Positions 26,468-40,500 of a stretch of 64,000 bases of DNA are shown one piece after another. The stretch covers positions 1 through 64,000 of the forward strand of contig JAYWIR010000026.1 of assembly GCA_036172245.1 (NCBI GenBank), in the 5' to 3' direction. Origin of the DNA: Raillietiella orientalis (taxonomy: Eukaryota). The position numbers were made by a program, and so were the translations under genes. Below the pieces are notes generated by a model. The model had not been told where the DNA came from. It worked only from the letters and a program-made list of their open reading frames with translations, and searched no databases. Position 1 is the stretch's first letter. Each line of letters begins with the position of its first letter.

Positions 26468-28553
26468 GACGTCACCGCAGTGAGTGGACGTGTTTTTGTG
26501 GAGCTCCCGAAAACCGTTTTTTTCGCGGGTGTTTGTGGTGTTTTTTGAGCGGTTGTTCCTGAGCAAAAATGCCCGAGGACGACGCCAACACGGCCTAGGG
26601 GGGCGAACGAGCGTCGTCCCCCCAACCCATGGATGTGGGCGCCATCTTACCCACAGATTCGTCCCCCGCCCTGGCGAGGGCTTGGAGCGCGGTGGTAGCG
26701 GCGCCTGCGCCACCCCCCGCAGAGGAATAGCGGGCGTATATGGCCGACGGATACAACCCGGCCCTACTGTATAAGGTAGGTGGGCTTTATTCTCCCGCGA
26801 TGTTGAGAACGTTTGCCGCGGAATTCAAAAAACTGAAAGTGCCGGAAGAAGAAGTTCTCGGCCTTTCCGTTCGCAGTGGCGGTCAGCTAGTCGAGCTGAA
26901 CTGCAGAACTGCAGGAATGACTCAGCAGTTGCTGAGATGCCCGGTGACCGTGAACGGGAGAAGGATCTTCCCGTTTACTGCCGACAAATCGATCGTCATC
27001 CACCTGACCGGGGTGACGATGCGAATGGCGAAAAATGCCGTTAGGCAGGAACTGGAAAAGTACGGGACCGTCCACGGTCTGTGGGCTAAGCCGAACACCC
27101 TGGGCTATACTAAGGCGTTCAGTGGCTATGCCGCCGCGCGTGTGACAGTCCGCGAGGGTAGTGGTTTACCCCACCGACTTCAGGTCGATGAAGAATACAT
27201 TGATCTGTGGTACATAGGAAAACCCAAATTTTGCGGAAACTGCGAGACTACAGGGCACCTTAAACGGAGGTGCCCCAACATCGTGTGTCTACGCTGCGGT
27301 AACAAGGGCCACGTAAGAAAGGTGTGCCCTCTTCGTTTTGCTTCCACTCCTGTTGGCAACAAGAGAACAGAGTCGCCACAGGAACCGGACAAACAGGATC
27401 CCCAATCGAGTGAAACCTCCCAGACAGGCGAGATATCGACGCCAGTGGAACAAAAACCGGAGGAGAGCGAAACTGTCGCCGAAAACAGTTGGCAGTTGGT
27501 GAAAAAGGAGAGCAAAGGGAAAGGTTGGCAGTTGTAGTGGCGAGCGAAAGCTCAGTTGCTGCGGTTCCGAACGATAGCGCGCCAGTTGCCGCTATCGAAT
27601 CGGTTGTTACGTCACCCGACTCGCCAACAGGCGGCAAAATCCGTGATGACGTGGAACGCATCTCTGATGCAAACTTCGCGCAAGCCGCGGAAGAGTTGGC
27701 TGCCTTCCTGAGGCAGCCCGTCAAGGCCGAGAAGAAAGCCTTTCGACGCCCGGCTACGGCAAAAGACCCGGAAACCTCCGAGACTGACGCCGAAAGCGGG
27801 AACTCACCTTCCGTTGGCTTGCCGACAAGAAAACATAAAAATACAACAGGAGCTCGTAGGCGTGCTGTCACCTCTCAGGAAGAGGTCGAAATGGCATCTG
27901 ACAGCGAGGAAGAGTCCATGTGCGTTGCACAATGCGACTCCGTGCCTGAGAGCATCCATTACGAACTGTTAACACAGTCCACGGCCAACGGAGTGAGCGA
28001 TGCTCCTGAACACTCCAACGACATGGACCCGGAACACCCGTCTTCTGAACAGGAGGCGGTTTCTACCACCCCACCATAACAACACCATTGCGTGGACTCG
28101 CCTCCTCTAGCGGCTTGCGAATAACCTGTTGGAACGTCAACGGGTTGAGCAGCGACGGGAAGAGGCGAGACGTAGCCGCCATTCTGCGAGACTTCGACCT
28201 GGCCCTACTGCAAGAGACTCACGTGCTCACAACAGAAGCAGGCCAGGATTTCGAAAGAATCACAGGAGGGCGACTACTGTGGAGGAACGGAACAGACTAC
28301 TGCGCAGTGGCCTTTCTGCTGAAGCCGGCCGTCGAAAACTCTCTGCGTAGCGTTCGCTTCGACGGGGACGGTCGAGTTGGACAGCTTGTTCCCAAGTGGT
28401 CTGATTCGATCGACCTCGTTGTGACGAACAGATACGCGCCAGTGAGCAACCACGGGGCCGAGGAACGCACTGCGTTTTTCGAATCCCTGCGGTGAGACTG
28501 GCTGGCTGAAGCAGGCGTACGGAAAGCGCACCTCATCGCGGGAGATTTCAATC
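26468..28553 (+). mobile_element. Family D LINE 5' half: 5' UTR, ORF1 (26569-28079, disrupted) and APE up to GDFN
   Basis: GGACGTGTTTTT at 26486; GYNPALLYKVG, CGNCETTGHLKRRC, CLRCGNKGHVRKVC, FAQAAEELAAFL; APE CWNVNGL..LQETH..YAP..HLIAGDFN. Confidence 0.9.
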
Positions 28554-31500
28554 GAGTGCGGACGTGTTTTTCTTCGCTCTCGTCTCCGTGCTTTCATCCT
28601 CTTCATCTTGGCGTCGTACATTTTGACGACGATGTCGACCCAACTCAAAGCTACTGAAGTTGGAGGAACAGCATCCGGATCTGCAATCGCGGAACCGACG
28701 GCCGCCTCCACTTCGTCTTTCTCGCCAATGGAGAGGAGTTTTGCTGACGTTGCTGCCACAGCAGCCGTCAAACGAAAACCACTCGACGAGTCGGAGTTGC
28801 GGGAATACGTAGCCCAAGGTTATAGACCTGCTCTCCGATATAAGGTGAGTGGCTTTCTTTCTGCGCGCGACGGAAATCAGTTCAACGATGAACTGACCCG
28901 TGTTGGCGCGCGGGAGGACGACCTTCTCGCCATTATGCCCGTAAAAGACATGGGCTATTTCAAGGTGCGTAGCAAAGACGCTGCACTTGTGCAACGCTTG
29001 CTGCGCACCCCGTTGTCGATCCGTGGCCAGAAGGTCTTCCCGGCCGCCATGGACGACTCATTTGTGGCGGAGATTTTCGACATCGAGACGGAAATCTCCG
29101 ATATTGATATTCGGAACGCGTTGGCAAAATTCCCCACGGTCCATGAGCTGTGGAGGGTGCGTAGCAACCTCAAGGACTTCCCGTCCATACACAGCGGAGT
29201 CGCTGGAGTCCGGCTTACCATGCCGGACCGCTGTCTGCTGCCCACCAAACTACAGGTGAAAGACACGGTCGTTCACCTGTGGTTCGTGGGAAAAGTAAAA
29301 ACGTGCGAGCAATGCGGGAAGGAGGGGCATTGTTTGGATAAATGCCCCTCTGGAAAATGCCGTTATTGCAAACTATCCGGGAACCAATTGAAAACTTGCC
29401 CGGATCTTTTGCGAAAAAAGGCAGCCGCGGAGCTTCATCGTAAGAAACAAAGCGCGGATAAAAAGAAAAACTCTGCGAAAGACCTGGAGACCCCACGGTA
29501 GAAATTCCGAAAAAACGCGAGGCGGAATGTCGCCCCAAAGCAGCAGGAAACCTCGCACGCGAAGCCCTGCGCTCCCCCTCTCGCGGCAAGGAAGCCGCAA
29601 AAGAAAGGGTGCGGGGAATCCGGGGCAATGGTAAGTCTCCCTAGGCGCAATAGCTGTCCTCACCAAGCACGCCCGGCTCTTTCGGAGTTCGAGCAACCGG
29701 CGGGGACGTCAATGGACAACGGCGGTAAGAACACTTCCAGTACCGTCAGATCCATTCCTTCACCTCCTGCAGTGGCTGAGAAGCTTAAATCCGGTAAGAA
29801 GGGTTGTGCCGTGTCGACTTCGAAAGTCGGCAAAAAAAAATCCGTGTCGCGATCCAACACCGCGAAAGCGAAGAAAAATCTCACGCCGTCGCAGTCGGAG
29901 AGCAAGCTCTCGACTGGCGCGGATGCCATGCCAACGAAGGGATTAAAAGCCCTTCCGAAAGCAGCGTCCATGTCGAGCGTGTCGAAGCCATCCAAAGTGC
30001 TCCCGTCCAAAGACAAGGATGGCATCAAAGATGGCAATGGAGCACAATCTCCATTTACGGCGCCACGCGAAGTGAGGAACCGTAATGAAGTAAAGAAGAC
30101 TTCAGCAAAGGTCCCTCGTGCAACTGCGCGTGAGCACGCTGAAAACGCGCGCGCCGGGAAAGTAGCCGTCACCAAAAGCGATGCTCAGGAGACGGAAAAA
30201 GACAACAGGACAGCAGTCAATCCAGCAGAACCTGTCACTACTTCGCGGAAGGCCGAAACCCGATCGAACATGCGCCGGTCGGACTCCAAAATGGATGCCG
30301 TTCCGATCACCGAGACGAGGACAACTCGTTCAAAAGCGTGTGCGCGCCGATCAAAAGTAGGCAGCCAGGCAACGCTCGCCGCGAAGCAACGGTAAGTCTC
30401 CACGAAACCCGACGGGATTAAGCCTGGCGTGGAGGCATTACATGCATGCAGAACGACGGAGGACGGTGGCGACCGTCCCCTCCAGTCAGTCGTGCTGCTC
30501 GCCGTCTGCTCGCCGGATAAAGCGAGCAAAAAGCCGCCACCTTCCCAGCAGTAATGCGGGGAATCGCATCTTCTCGTCGTCTGTCCGTAACTTCTTGGAA
30601 CGTGAACGGACTACAAAACGACAAGAAGAGGCGATTAGTAGCCAACGCCCTGCGCCCCTTCGACCTCGCGCTCCTGCAGGAGATTCACGTAATCTCCGAC
30701 GAGCAGGCAGCCGAAATCGAGGAGCGCGCAGGCGGAACGCTACATTGGCGGTGCGGCGGCGCACACACGTGCTGCGTCTTGTTCCTCGTAAGAGGAAAAA
30801 TGGCGGAAGCGGTGCGTAGTGTTCGTTTCGATGACGACGGGCGGATAGGCCAGCTTGTCATCAAGTGGTCCGAGTCCATCGATCTCGTCGTTACGAACGT
30901 CTACGCGCCGAGTGGCTCTCGCTACCTCGAAGAAAGAGTAGCTTTCTTTGGTGAGGTGCAGAGCCACTGGCTCAACAACTCCGGCTTTTAACTGGTGCAC
31001 CTCGTCGCTGGGGACTTTAACGTCCGCCTGCTCTCCGACGATTGGAGCAGCCCGAGGGAGCGCGCGCTGCCCATCGAGATGTGCGCGTCAGTGCACGCCG
31101 CCAAATTGATGGTCAGCGAACCTGGAATGGAAAGATCGCTCGATTACGTTTTCCTCGATGAAAACCTGCATTCGCGTGTGGGTAGGAGAGGAAGATTGTT
31201 GACTAGGCTTTCTGACCACCACAGGTTGGGGTTTTTGATCCTTCCGCCAGGCAGGGGGCCTCCGTTGCAAAACTGGAGGATGCAGGCGGATTGGCTTAGC
31301 CAACCGGAGGCTGCGGAGCGTCTTCGTGGATACCTCCGAGGCTTTGCCATTCAAGAACTTGCGGACTGGGACGATCTCAAAAGATCTGTCCGCGAGTTCT
31401 GCTGTCAATTCCCCTTGCAACGGCTTCCACGCGGTTTCGGAGAGGGCGTGGCCAACAGTAGAGACTTTCTGCAGGACCGCACGTTTTCGAGACGCGCGGA

Positions 31501-32531
31501 TGTCGGGCGTCTCGCAGAGTACAAGGCGAGGGCCGAGCGCCAGGTCTGGCAGTCCGGAGCAGCATGCCTGTTGGACGACAAGTGCCAGGAATGTTCGGCC
31601 CCAGCCGAAGTACGCCGCATTGTGAGACGCTACTACTTCTCGCTGTACGCGGAATCCTCGACGGAGGATATTCTCTCTGAGATACTCCTGTCTCAGGATG
31701 CTCGTGTTGTCGGCGAGGAGGAACGCGAACGCCTCAACGAGCCCTTCACGGCGGATGAATTTTCGTCCGCCGTCGCTGGGCTGAAGTGACGAAAGGCGCC
31801 ATGCGAGGATGGGCTCCCTGGAGAGTTTTATCAGTGCTTTGAAGTGGAGCTCATTCCCTTGATGCTGAGACTCGCGACGCTGATGAGTGAATCCGGGAAT
31901 GTCCCGGATTCCTTCCGCTCAGCGAAGGTGCGTCTCCTGCCGAAAGGCGGAGACTTGCGTCAACTTAACTACTGGCGTCCGATCACCTCTGTGTACTCGG
32001 ACGTCAAGTTGTTTTCCAAACTGTGGGTCGCGCGGTTAGGAAGTATCGCGGAATCTGTGGTGAGCCCGGAACAAACCTACGCGGTTCCGGGACGATCCAT
32101 GGAGGCGAACATCCTTTTCTCGCGTACATGGATGCATTTGCAGGAAGTTGTTGCGCAGGAAAGCCAGGCTGCTGCGAAAGTCACTGCCGCAGGCAAGGAG
32201 AACAGGCGCCGATGGCAGGAGGGAACGCCAGGCGCCTTGGCGTTAGCGGTCGATTTCCACAAGGCGTTCGACTGCGTAACCGAGTAGCTGCTTTTGGAGC
32301 TTATGGAACGCCTTGGGTTCCCGGCGCAACTCCTGCTGTACTTGCGCGCGTGCTGCCGCCACATGCTAACATGCATTACTTCCAGCGGCTGCCGCGTGTA
32401 TGGTATTCCCGTTCGTAGGGGCATCCAACAGGGCGACAGCTTAAGCCCGTTGCTCTTCTGCATCTTCTTAGAGTTGGTGCTAAGAGCATACAGGCTGACG
32501 CTGTCTCACTTGCCAAGCTCCTGCTCGGGAA
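28554..32531 (+). mobile_element. Family B LINE copy B1, left part (5' UTR, ORF1 28632-30554, ORF2 to just before YADD)
   Basis: Near-identical by eye to the reverse complement of 39145-43114. TAATG junction at 30552-30556; APE and RT motifs; several premature stops. Confidence 0.92.
28560..28571 (+). promoter_or_regulatory. Putative internal promoter motif GGACGTGTTTTT (also at 521, ~6401, 26486, ~43097, 45533, 53817, 56112)
   Basis: Present within ~25 nt of every intact 5' end, in otherwise unalignable UTRs of families A, B and D. Function is inferred. Confidence 0.5.
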
Positions 32532-33871
32532 GTCGCGAGCCCACCGTGAGCAGCGACGACCGGGACTTCAAGAAGGCGGCGGAAGAGTTGGCAGCCATGC
32601 TTTAGCAGCCTCACAAGGCCCAGAAGAAGGCCTTGAGGCGTCCGGCTGAGGCGAAAGGACCGGAGACTTCCGAGTCCGAAGCTGGCAAGGCTCCGGCTGT
32701 CGCTTCCCCGAAGCGCAAAGCCGGCCGCAAGGTAGGCAACCCGCGGCGCTCCGCACCTCCACCGGCGGAGGAGGAAATGCGGTCGGACCACGACGACGGG
32801 GAGGCGATGTCCGCGAGGTCTCGCGACTCCTCGCCGGAGACGTCCCTGGCCAAGCAGGATCCTCCAACCACCACCAGAACCACCGACGGACCGCCTCCTT
32901 GAGAGGAAAAGCCCGTCGCAATGGATACACAACTCCCGCCTGCTGAACAGCAGGCGGAGGACGGTAAGCAAACACCATAAAGCCACCAACGCGAGGACTC
33001 TTCTCCTGCCGGCGACTGCGCGTAATCTGTTGGAACGTCAACGGGTTGCGCGACGACGGCAAGAGGAGAGAAGTGGCCGCCAGCCTGCGGGACTTCGACC
33101 TGGCGCTTCTGCAGGAGACGCACGTTCTCCACGCAGGGGAGGCTCAGGAAATCGAACGGATCGCAGGCGGGCGGCTCGTATACCAAAACGGGAGAGACCA
33201 CACCCGCGGTGTGGCTTTCATGCTGAAGCCAGCCGTCGTTAATGCGCTGCGCGACGTGCACTTCGACGGGGAAGGTCTAATCGGGCAGCTTGTTGCCAAG
33301 TGGTCCGACGCGATCGACCTCGTCGTGACCAATGTGTACGCGCCCGGCACGAGCCACAGGCGCGGGGAACGCACTGCGTTCTTCGAAGGCCTGCGGCGAG
33401 ATTGGCTGGCCGAAGCAGACATGCGAAAGGCGCACCTCATTGCCGGGGACTTTAACGTCCGCCTGCTGGCAGGTGCGCCCGACATTCGCGCACAGCTGGT
33501 CAACGAGATGTGCGCTGCCATGCACGCGCGCAACTTGTTGGCCGGTGACGCCGGGACGGAGACGAGGATCGACCACATGTTCCTCGACAACCACCTGTGT
33601 TCGCGGGTGGGAAATCGAGGGGCAGTGCCATCCGAACTTTCCGACCATCCTCGGCTCGTGCTAGAAAGACACCCGCGCGGTAGAAGTCCACCCTCTACAG
33701 CGTGGCGTTTGCCAGGGGACTGGTTGCGCCTCGCAGGAGCAGCGCAACATCTTCGCTCGTTCCTGCAAGGCTTCCATCTGCAGTCGCTCGCGGACTGGGA
33801 CGACTTGAAGAGCTCAGTCCGCGAGTTCTGCGACCAGTTTCCCCTGAACCGTCTCCCTCCAGGTTTCGGCG
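32532..33871 (+). mobile_element. Family C LINE (5'-truncated), left part: ORF1 C-terminus and complete APE
   Basis: FKKAAEELAAML; ORF1 stop at 32978-32980; CWNVNGL, LQETH, NVYAP, AGDFN, IDHMFLD, SDH, ending LPPGFG. Confidence 0.9.
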
Positions 33872-34076
33872 TTGTCACCCGGGTACGCCCCGGGCGTTTA
33901 TTAATAAACTTTACATGCGTGGTACAAGGCCTTACCACGGCCGTAAACACAGGACCTGTCGGGACACCGGGACGCAGCCCGGCGTGGCACTCCCCGACAG
34001 CGAAGGGGGATGGGGATAAGACAAAAGGTAAAATAAAAAGAAACAAACAAAAAGAAGTTGGAGGGCAGAGAAGGGA

Positions 34077-37000
34077 TCACTGTTCGCTGTGGAGAGGGCC
34101 CATCCGTCGAACGAAGCCCTCGAGGTCAGTCCTCATATTCCCCAGTTGGGGCCATCCGGCAGCTCTTCGCAAGAAGCGTTGGGCATATGGGATGACATCC
34201 CTCGCGTGTTGACCCACTCCTTCCTTGTTGGTGTCGCTCCACGCCGCCACGATGCCTCGGACGCAGCACAAGGCTGCAAGGGCTGCGGCTGGCTGCAGGG
34301 CGTCCTTCACGAAGAGGGGCCGAAGAACGTCTCTAGGGGAACTGCCCGTTGGGAGACCGAGGATCGTCCCAAACCGTTCCCAAAGGGGACGAAGGGCAGC
34401 ACAGTCCACAATAAGGTGGGAGAGCGATTCCCGCTCTCCGCACCTGACACACGCAGGATCCACAACTCCTCTTGTCCAGTGAGAGCGGCGTACGTTGAAG
34501 GGTAAACTCCAATGCAACAACAGCAACGCCGACTCTTTCCACTTAAGAGGCAGGATCCTGGATTCCTGAAGAAGCGACGGCCACTTCAGCACATCCATAG
34601 GGATGGCCAGCAGCTCGCTCCATCTTCTTAGTCCTCGCGGCTGGACGCTCGGGGTCGTGGCGTCTGCCAGTTCTCCTGTTGTCCAGCCGCTGATCAACTT
34701 TTCGCGTCCCTCGATGCAGCAGGAGACTTGCCACCTTGGCGTACGGCTGCTGTGAAGTGCCCTCTTCAGGAAGGGCAGCGCCGTAGCTAGACAGGTCGTC
34801 TCTGCCCACATGCATCTTGCTGGAATCTCCAGGAGATTCCGCAGCGTGCAGCGGGCGTAGGGGCTGCATCGGAGACGATTCCACGTCTCGTGGCTTGTCT
34901 TGTTAACCACTGCCCACGTTCCAATATTTTCCTCCAGCCAGGCGGGGGAGTTGGCGGGGCAGCAAACCATCCAGCTGTTCTCCTTGGCCAATGTTGCCAT
35001 GCGCCCGAGCAGTAGGCCGCATCTTCGCATCTTCCGGCCACGGCTCAGAAGAAAAGACGCGAGTCCATCGCACCGGGACACACGGTTGGCCAGGAGGCGG
35101 GCCGGAGTGCACCAAGGGGTGTTCCACATCTTTGCTGCGATGGCGAGGGTTCGCCACCGCAGCTGCTTTTCCACGCGCTCCAGCGTCAGCAGGCCAAGAC
35201 CGCCGCCCCGACGCGGAGCGCACAAGTCCTTCAGTGGGACTCGGGGCCTCCCCTTGCCCCAAAGGGCGATACGGAGGAGGTCCCTCGTCCTTTTCTTGGA
35301 TTCCACGGTGGGAGCGCAAACAAAAAGCAAGGGGCGGAGGATGGGGGCCGCGAAGGCGTTCCAAACCGCGGCCCGTTCCGGCAAGTGAAACTTGCCTTCC
35401 AGGAACGGGCCGATCGCCGTCTGCACTTTTTGGAGGCAGCTGGACCACGCTTCCGCAGGGGAGTAGTCCCCCAACGGCACACCAAGGTACTTGAAGCACC
35501 TTGCCGTGGGGATCCCCAGACGGACCCAGTCCTGCTGCCCTGCCCACGCCGCACCTATTGGCACAACCGACGACTTCGCCCTGTTAACCTGCAGTCCGGT
35601 CCCGCGGCTGAGCAGATCGAAGAAGTCTCCGACCGCCTTCGCCGGGATGGACATTGGCAACAAGAGCAGAAGATCATCGGCGTACGCTGCTACGGCGGGC
35701 GTGCCGGGGCACGAGCTCGGCAAGGGGGCCAAAGTCACCCTGTACGCTCTCAGCAATAACTCAAAGTAGGTGCTAAAGAGCAGGGGGCTGAGGCTATCGC
35801 CCTGCCTTATGCCCCGCCGCACCGGCACGCCATACACCTTCTGTCCACTGAAACAGACGGTAATCATCGCATTCCGCCAGCAAGAGCGCAGGTAGGAAAT
35901 CAGGGAGGGTGGGAAGCCCATGCGACCCAGGAGCTCCAAGAGGAGTTCCTGGTCTACACAGTCAAACGCCTTGTGGAGATCGACTGCGAGCGCTAGGGCC
36001 CCCTTCCCTGCCCGGGGGTCCCTTCCCAGCCCGGCTGGCGGCCCCAATGTGGGGTTGCCGACTTTCCCTATCCCTTTCTTCTCTCTTCTCTGCTGGTGCA
36101 CCCATGTGCTTGCGAAGAAGAGGTTGGCATCCATACTTCGACCGGGAACAGCATAAGTCTGCTCCGGGCTAATTACGGATTCTGCCACCTGCCCCAGACG
36201 CGAAGCCCATAGCCCTGCTATCAACTTGGCGTCCGTATTCACGATTGTGATCGGACGCCAGTTCTTTAAATTCCTGAAGTCTCCCCCTTTCGGAAGGAGC
36301 CTCACTCTGGCTGACCGAAACGAGGCGGGAACATCGCCTTCATCTCGGATCAGCCTGATCAACTTAAGCAGCAGGGGTGCCAGCTCTTCCGCGAAGCTCT
36401 GAAAGAACTCCGCAGGCAAGCCGTCTTCCCCTGGAGCTTCACGCCTCTTGAGCCTTTTGATACCGGCGAGAATTTCGCCGGTGGTAAAAGGCTCGTCGAG
36501 GATTTCCATCTCCTCCTCCCCTATTGCCGGGGTGCCATCCGGAAGCAAGCGTCGAGAGGCGTTTCGATCCGGGGGCTCCCTGGCGTAAAGGGAGGAATAA
36601 AAACTCCGCTCGAGATGCCGTACCGACGCCAGGGACGAACATTCGCGGCCCTGGCCGTCCAGCAAGCTGGCAGACCCGGATTGCCAGGCTCGGCGTTCGG
36701 CCCCGGCGCGGTACTCGGCCAGGCAACGGATATTAGAGGTTCTCTCGTACCTACGAGCCTGTAAATAGGCCCAATGGTTGCGAGCACCCTCGCCGAATCC
36801 GGGGGGCAGGCGATCCAGGGGGAACTGCTCACAGAACTCGCGGACCGATTCCTTAAAAAGGTCCCAGTCCTGGAGATTCCGGAGCGTGACGCCTCTAAGG
36901 TATTCGCGAAGGTGTTCCTTCGCACCTGAGAGTCGCGTCCAGTCATCCGGCAGACGCCAATCCCTGGATGGCGGTCCTTTGTCGCGAGGCCGCATCTCGA

Positions 37001-37213
37001 AAATTAGCCGGGAATATTCCGACAACGTCGACACAACCCTCCCCCGTTTGCCGACCCGTGAACACAGGTCAGCGTCCAGGAAGACGTGGTCGATGCTGCG
37101 GACCATTCCTTTCTCACCCGCGAACAAGTTGCGCGCACGCATGGCGGCGCACAATTCGTTCATCGCGTTCACTTTTGTTTCCGGCTCACCTGTTAGCAGG
37201 CGGAGATTGACAT
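34077..37213 (-). pseudogene. A1 ORF2, downstream part (APE C-half, RT, zinc finger): an uninterrupted ~1045-codon frame separated from its N-terminus by B2
   Basis: IDHVFLD, APGEDGLPAEF, WRPITIVNTDAK, DLHKAFD, GIRQGDSLSPLLF, AYADD, FKYLG, CVRCGERESLSHLIVDC. Confidence 0.93.
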
Positions 37214-37526
37214 TTATCACCCGGTCACGCCGGGGCGTTTATTAATAATAATAAACTGGTCAGGGACAATGTCCCCAACCAAGAGAACGACAGAGAACAT
37301 AGAAAAATTACCGGCACGCAGGCCTGTTAAACAAACCGCTCGCAGCGTGGGGGGAATGAGGGGAAACAAACAAAAATCAAAAACTGGAGGGAAGGGTAAC
37401 GGGTTTTTGGTTAGGCTCCGTACTCACGGGGATTTATACGATGAGCACCTAAAATGTTGCGGAGCCTATGGGGACGCGGGTGTAAAAAGAAAATACAAAT
37501 TTAGTTTATGGAGGGTAGGGCAATGA

Positions 37527-40500
37527 TCACCGGGTTGGCCGCTGATGAGGGTGTGTAAACCGGCGGTGTATTGCGGCGAGATTCCTCTTTGTCTCCTCTG
37601 TCAAATGAGGCCATCTAGCGGATGCTCCCATGTAGAAGGATGCTTTGCTGATTACTTCTTGGTGCTGTCCGTTGATTACCAACGCCTGGCGGACGGAAAC
37701 TATCGCGCGTATGCAACCGATGGTTGCAATCCTTGCGCTTAGTGAAAGCCCGCTCGGCGTGAAGAATCGTCGCAGCAAGTCTCTTGCGGTGTCCACGGGA
37801 TGCAATAGTGCCGTTGCCAGCCTACGCCACAGTCCTTGTAGGACACCGCAGTCCAGAAGTAGGTGCGGAATCGACTCCGTCGATCCGCACCGAACGCAGT
37901 TCCCAGACGCAAGTCCCCAGGAGTCACGATGCCAACGCTCGTTGCACTGAAAACCCCAGTGAACGAAAAGCAGCACGGCTTGTTTCCAAGCAAGGGGGAG
38001 CAGCGAACTGTCAATACACTGTGGAGGGACTACAAGTTCTTCGGGGGTGACAGCAAGTTCTTCTGACCATCGGAGGAGTCCCTTTGCAGTAACACGAGGA
38101 GTGGCGGCGTCCGCCAACTCACTCGTCTTCCAGGCGCCAAGGATTTTGGTTTTTCCCGCTATCGTGCAGGAAACCTCCCACCTCGTCGGTTAGTAACTGT
38201 CGTTTCTTGCCCTGAGTGCAGACAGCGCTGCGGCAAGAGGCGTGGCAGCCAGGGTAGAAAACTTCACCTAGTCCTGCAGTACTTCTTCCAAGGATCGTGG
38301 AAAAAATTGGCGCAGGGGGCGAAGATCTTCAGGGCGTATTCCTTGGAACGCCGCCCAGGATTCAACAGACTCCTGCCGCCAAGCTTCAAAGTTCATTGGG
38401 CGGCAGGAGATCCAAGAGTGTGCTTCCAGAAGTGCGGTCAACTGCCGCAATGGAAAACCGAAACCCCGCTTCCTGTATTGAGTGCCCGGCAAAAGCGAGA
38501 GAAATCTTCCGCTGCCGGCGCATCTCCGCAGGAAAATGCGAGCTGGCACACACAGGGGGGATGTCCATAGCTGGGCACACAGTGCCAGCAGTCGGAACTG
38601 CACCTGCAGTCCGATTCGCTCCATTGTCAGGATACCCAAACCAGCATCCCGACGCGGAGCTGACAAATCTTTAAGGCGGATCCTGGATCTCGCCGGACCC
38701 CAGAGAGCGTTCCTGAGCTGGCGCTTAGCCCGCTGTTTTGCCGCATAGGGGGGGTCCAAAACAAAAAACAGGGGACGGAGGAGGGGGCCACAAAGGTGTT
38801 CCAAATAGTCGCCCGTTCCTGCAAGGTAAACTTGCCGTTAAAGAACGGGCTGATGGCCAACTCTGCTTTCTGAAGACAGTCCGCCCACGCTTCGGCTGCG
38901 CCGAAAGCGCCCAAGGGAACGCCAAGGTACTTAAAGTACCCGCCCGTGGGGATCCATAGGCGGATCCAGTCGGACTGCCCCTCCCACGACGTACCCACAG
39001 GAACGACCACGCTCTTCTCTCTGTTCACGCTCACGCCCGCTCCCCGACGAATCAGGTCGAAGAAATCCTCGACACTGGACGCCGGGGTGGACATGGGGAG
39101 CAGAAGAAGCAGGTCATCAGCGTAGGCGGCCACGGCAGGCGTTCCCGGGCAGGAGCTCGGCAAGTGAGACAGCGTCAGCCTGTATGCTCTTAGCACCAAC
39201 TCAAAGAAGATGCTGAAGAGCAACGGGCTTAAGCTGTCGCCCTGTCGGATGCCCCTACGAACGGGAATACCATACACGCGGTAGCCGCTAAAAGTGATGC
39301 AGGTTAGCGCGTGGCGCCAGCACGTGCGCAAATACAGCAGGAGTTGCGCCGGGAACCCAAGGCGTTCCATAAGCTCCAAAAGCAGCTTCTGGTTTACGCA
39401 GTCGAACGCCTTGTGGAGATCGACCGCGAACAACAAGGCACCTGGCGTTCCCTCCTGCCGTCGGCGCCTGTTCTTTTTGCCTGCGGCAGTGACTTTCGCA
39501 GCAGCCTGGCTTTGCTGCGCCACAACTTCCTTCAGCTGCATCCATGTACGCGCGAAAAGGATGTTCGCCTCCATGGATCGTCCCGGAACCGCGTAGGTTT
39601 GTTCCGGTCTCACCACAGATTTCGCGATTCTTCCTAACCGCGCGACCCACAGCTTGGAAAACAACTTGACGTCCGAGTTCACCAAGGTGATCGGACGCCA
39701 GTTGTTAAGTTGGCGCAAGTCTCCGCCTTTCGGCAGGAGACGCACCTTCGCAGAGCGGAAGGAATCAGGGACATTCCCGGATTCACTCATCAGCGTCGCG
39801 AGCTTAAGCATCAAGGGAAAGCTCCACTGCAAAGCACTGATAAAACTCTGCAGGGAGCCCATCCTCGCCTGGCGCCTTTCGTCTCTTCAGCCCAGCGATG
39901 GCGGACGAAAATTCATCCGCTGTGAAGGGCTCGTCGAGACGTTCGCGTTCCTCCTCGCCGACAACACGAGCATCCTGAGACAGGAGTATCTCAGAAAGAA
40001 TATCCTCCGTCGAAGATTCCGCGTAGAGCGAGGAGTAGTAGCGTCTCACAATGCGGCGTACTACGGCTGGGGCCGAACATTCCTGGCACTTGTCGTCCAA
40101 CAGGCATGCTGCTCCGGACTGCCAGACCTGGCGCTCGGCCCTCGCCTTGTACTCTGCGAGACGCCCGACATCCGCGCGTCTCGAAAACGTGCGGGCCTGC
40201 AGAAAGTCTCTACTGTTGGCCACGCCCTCTCCGAAACCTTGTGGAAGCCGGTGCAAGGGGAATTGGCAACAGAACTCGCGGACAGATCTTTTGAGATCGT
40301 CCCAGTCCGCAAGTTCTTGAATGGCAAAGCCCCGGAGGTATCCACGTAGATGCTCCGCAGCCTCCGGTTGGCTAAGCCAATCCGCCTGCATCCTCCAGCT
40401 TTGCAACGGAGGCCCCCTGCCTGGCGGAAGGATCTCAAACTCCAACCTGTGGTGGTCAGAAAGCTCAGTCAACATTCTTCCTCTCCTACCCACACGCGAA

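Noticed and set aside
28554..32531. RIP-like hypermutation as the cause of stop codons
   Set aside because: The copies remain GC-rich and show mixed substitutions and indels; no dinucleotide bias could be established without counting.
34077..37220. Bacterial RT systems (group II intron, retron, DGR, defence RT)
   Set aside because: The APE-RT-finger ORF2 with a CCHC ORF1, AATAAA ends, TSDs and 5' truncations indicates eukaryotic non-LTR retrotransposons.
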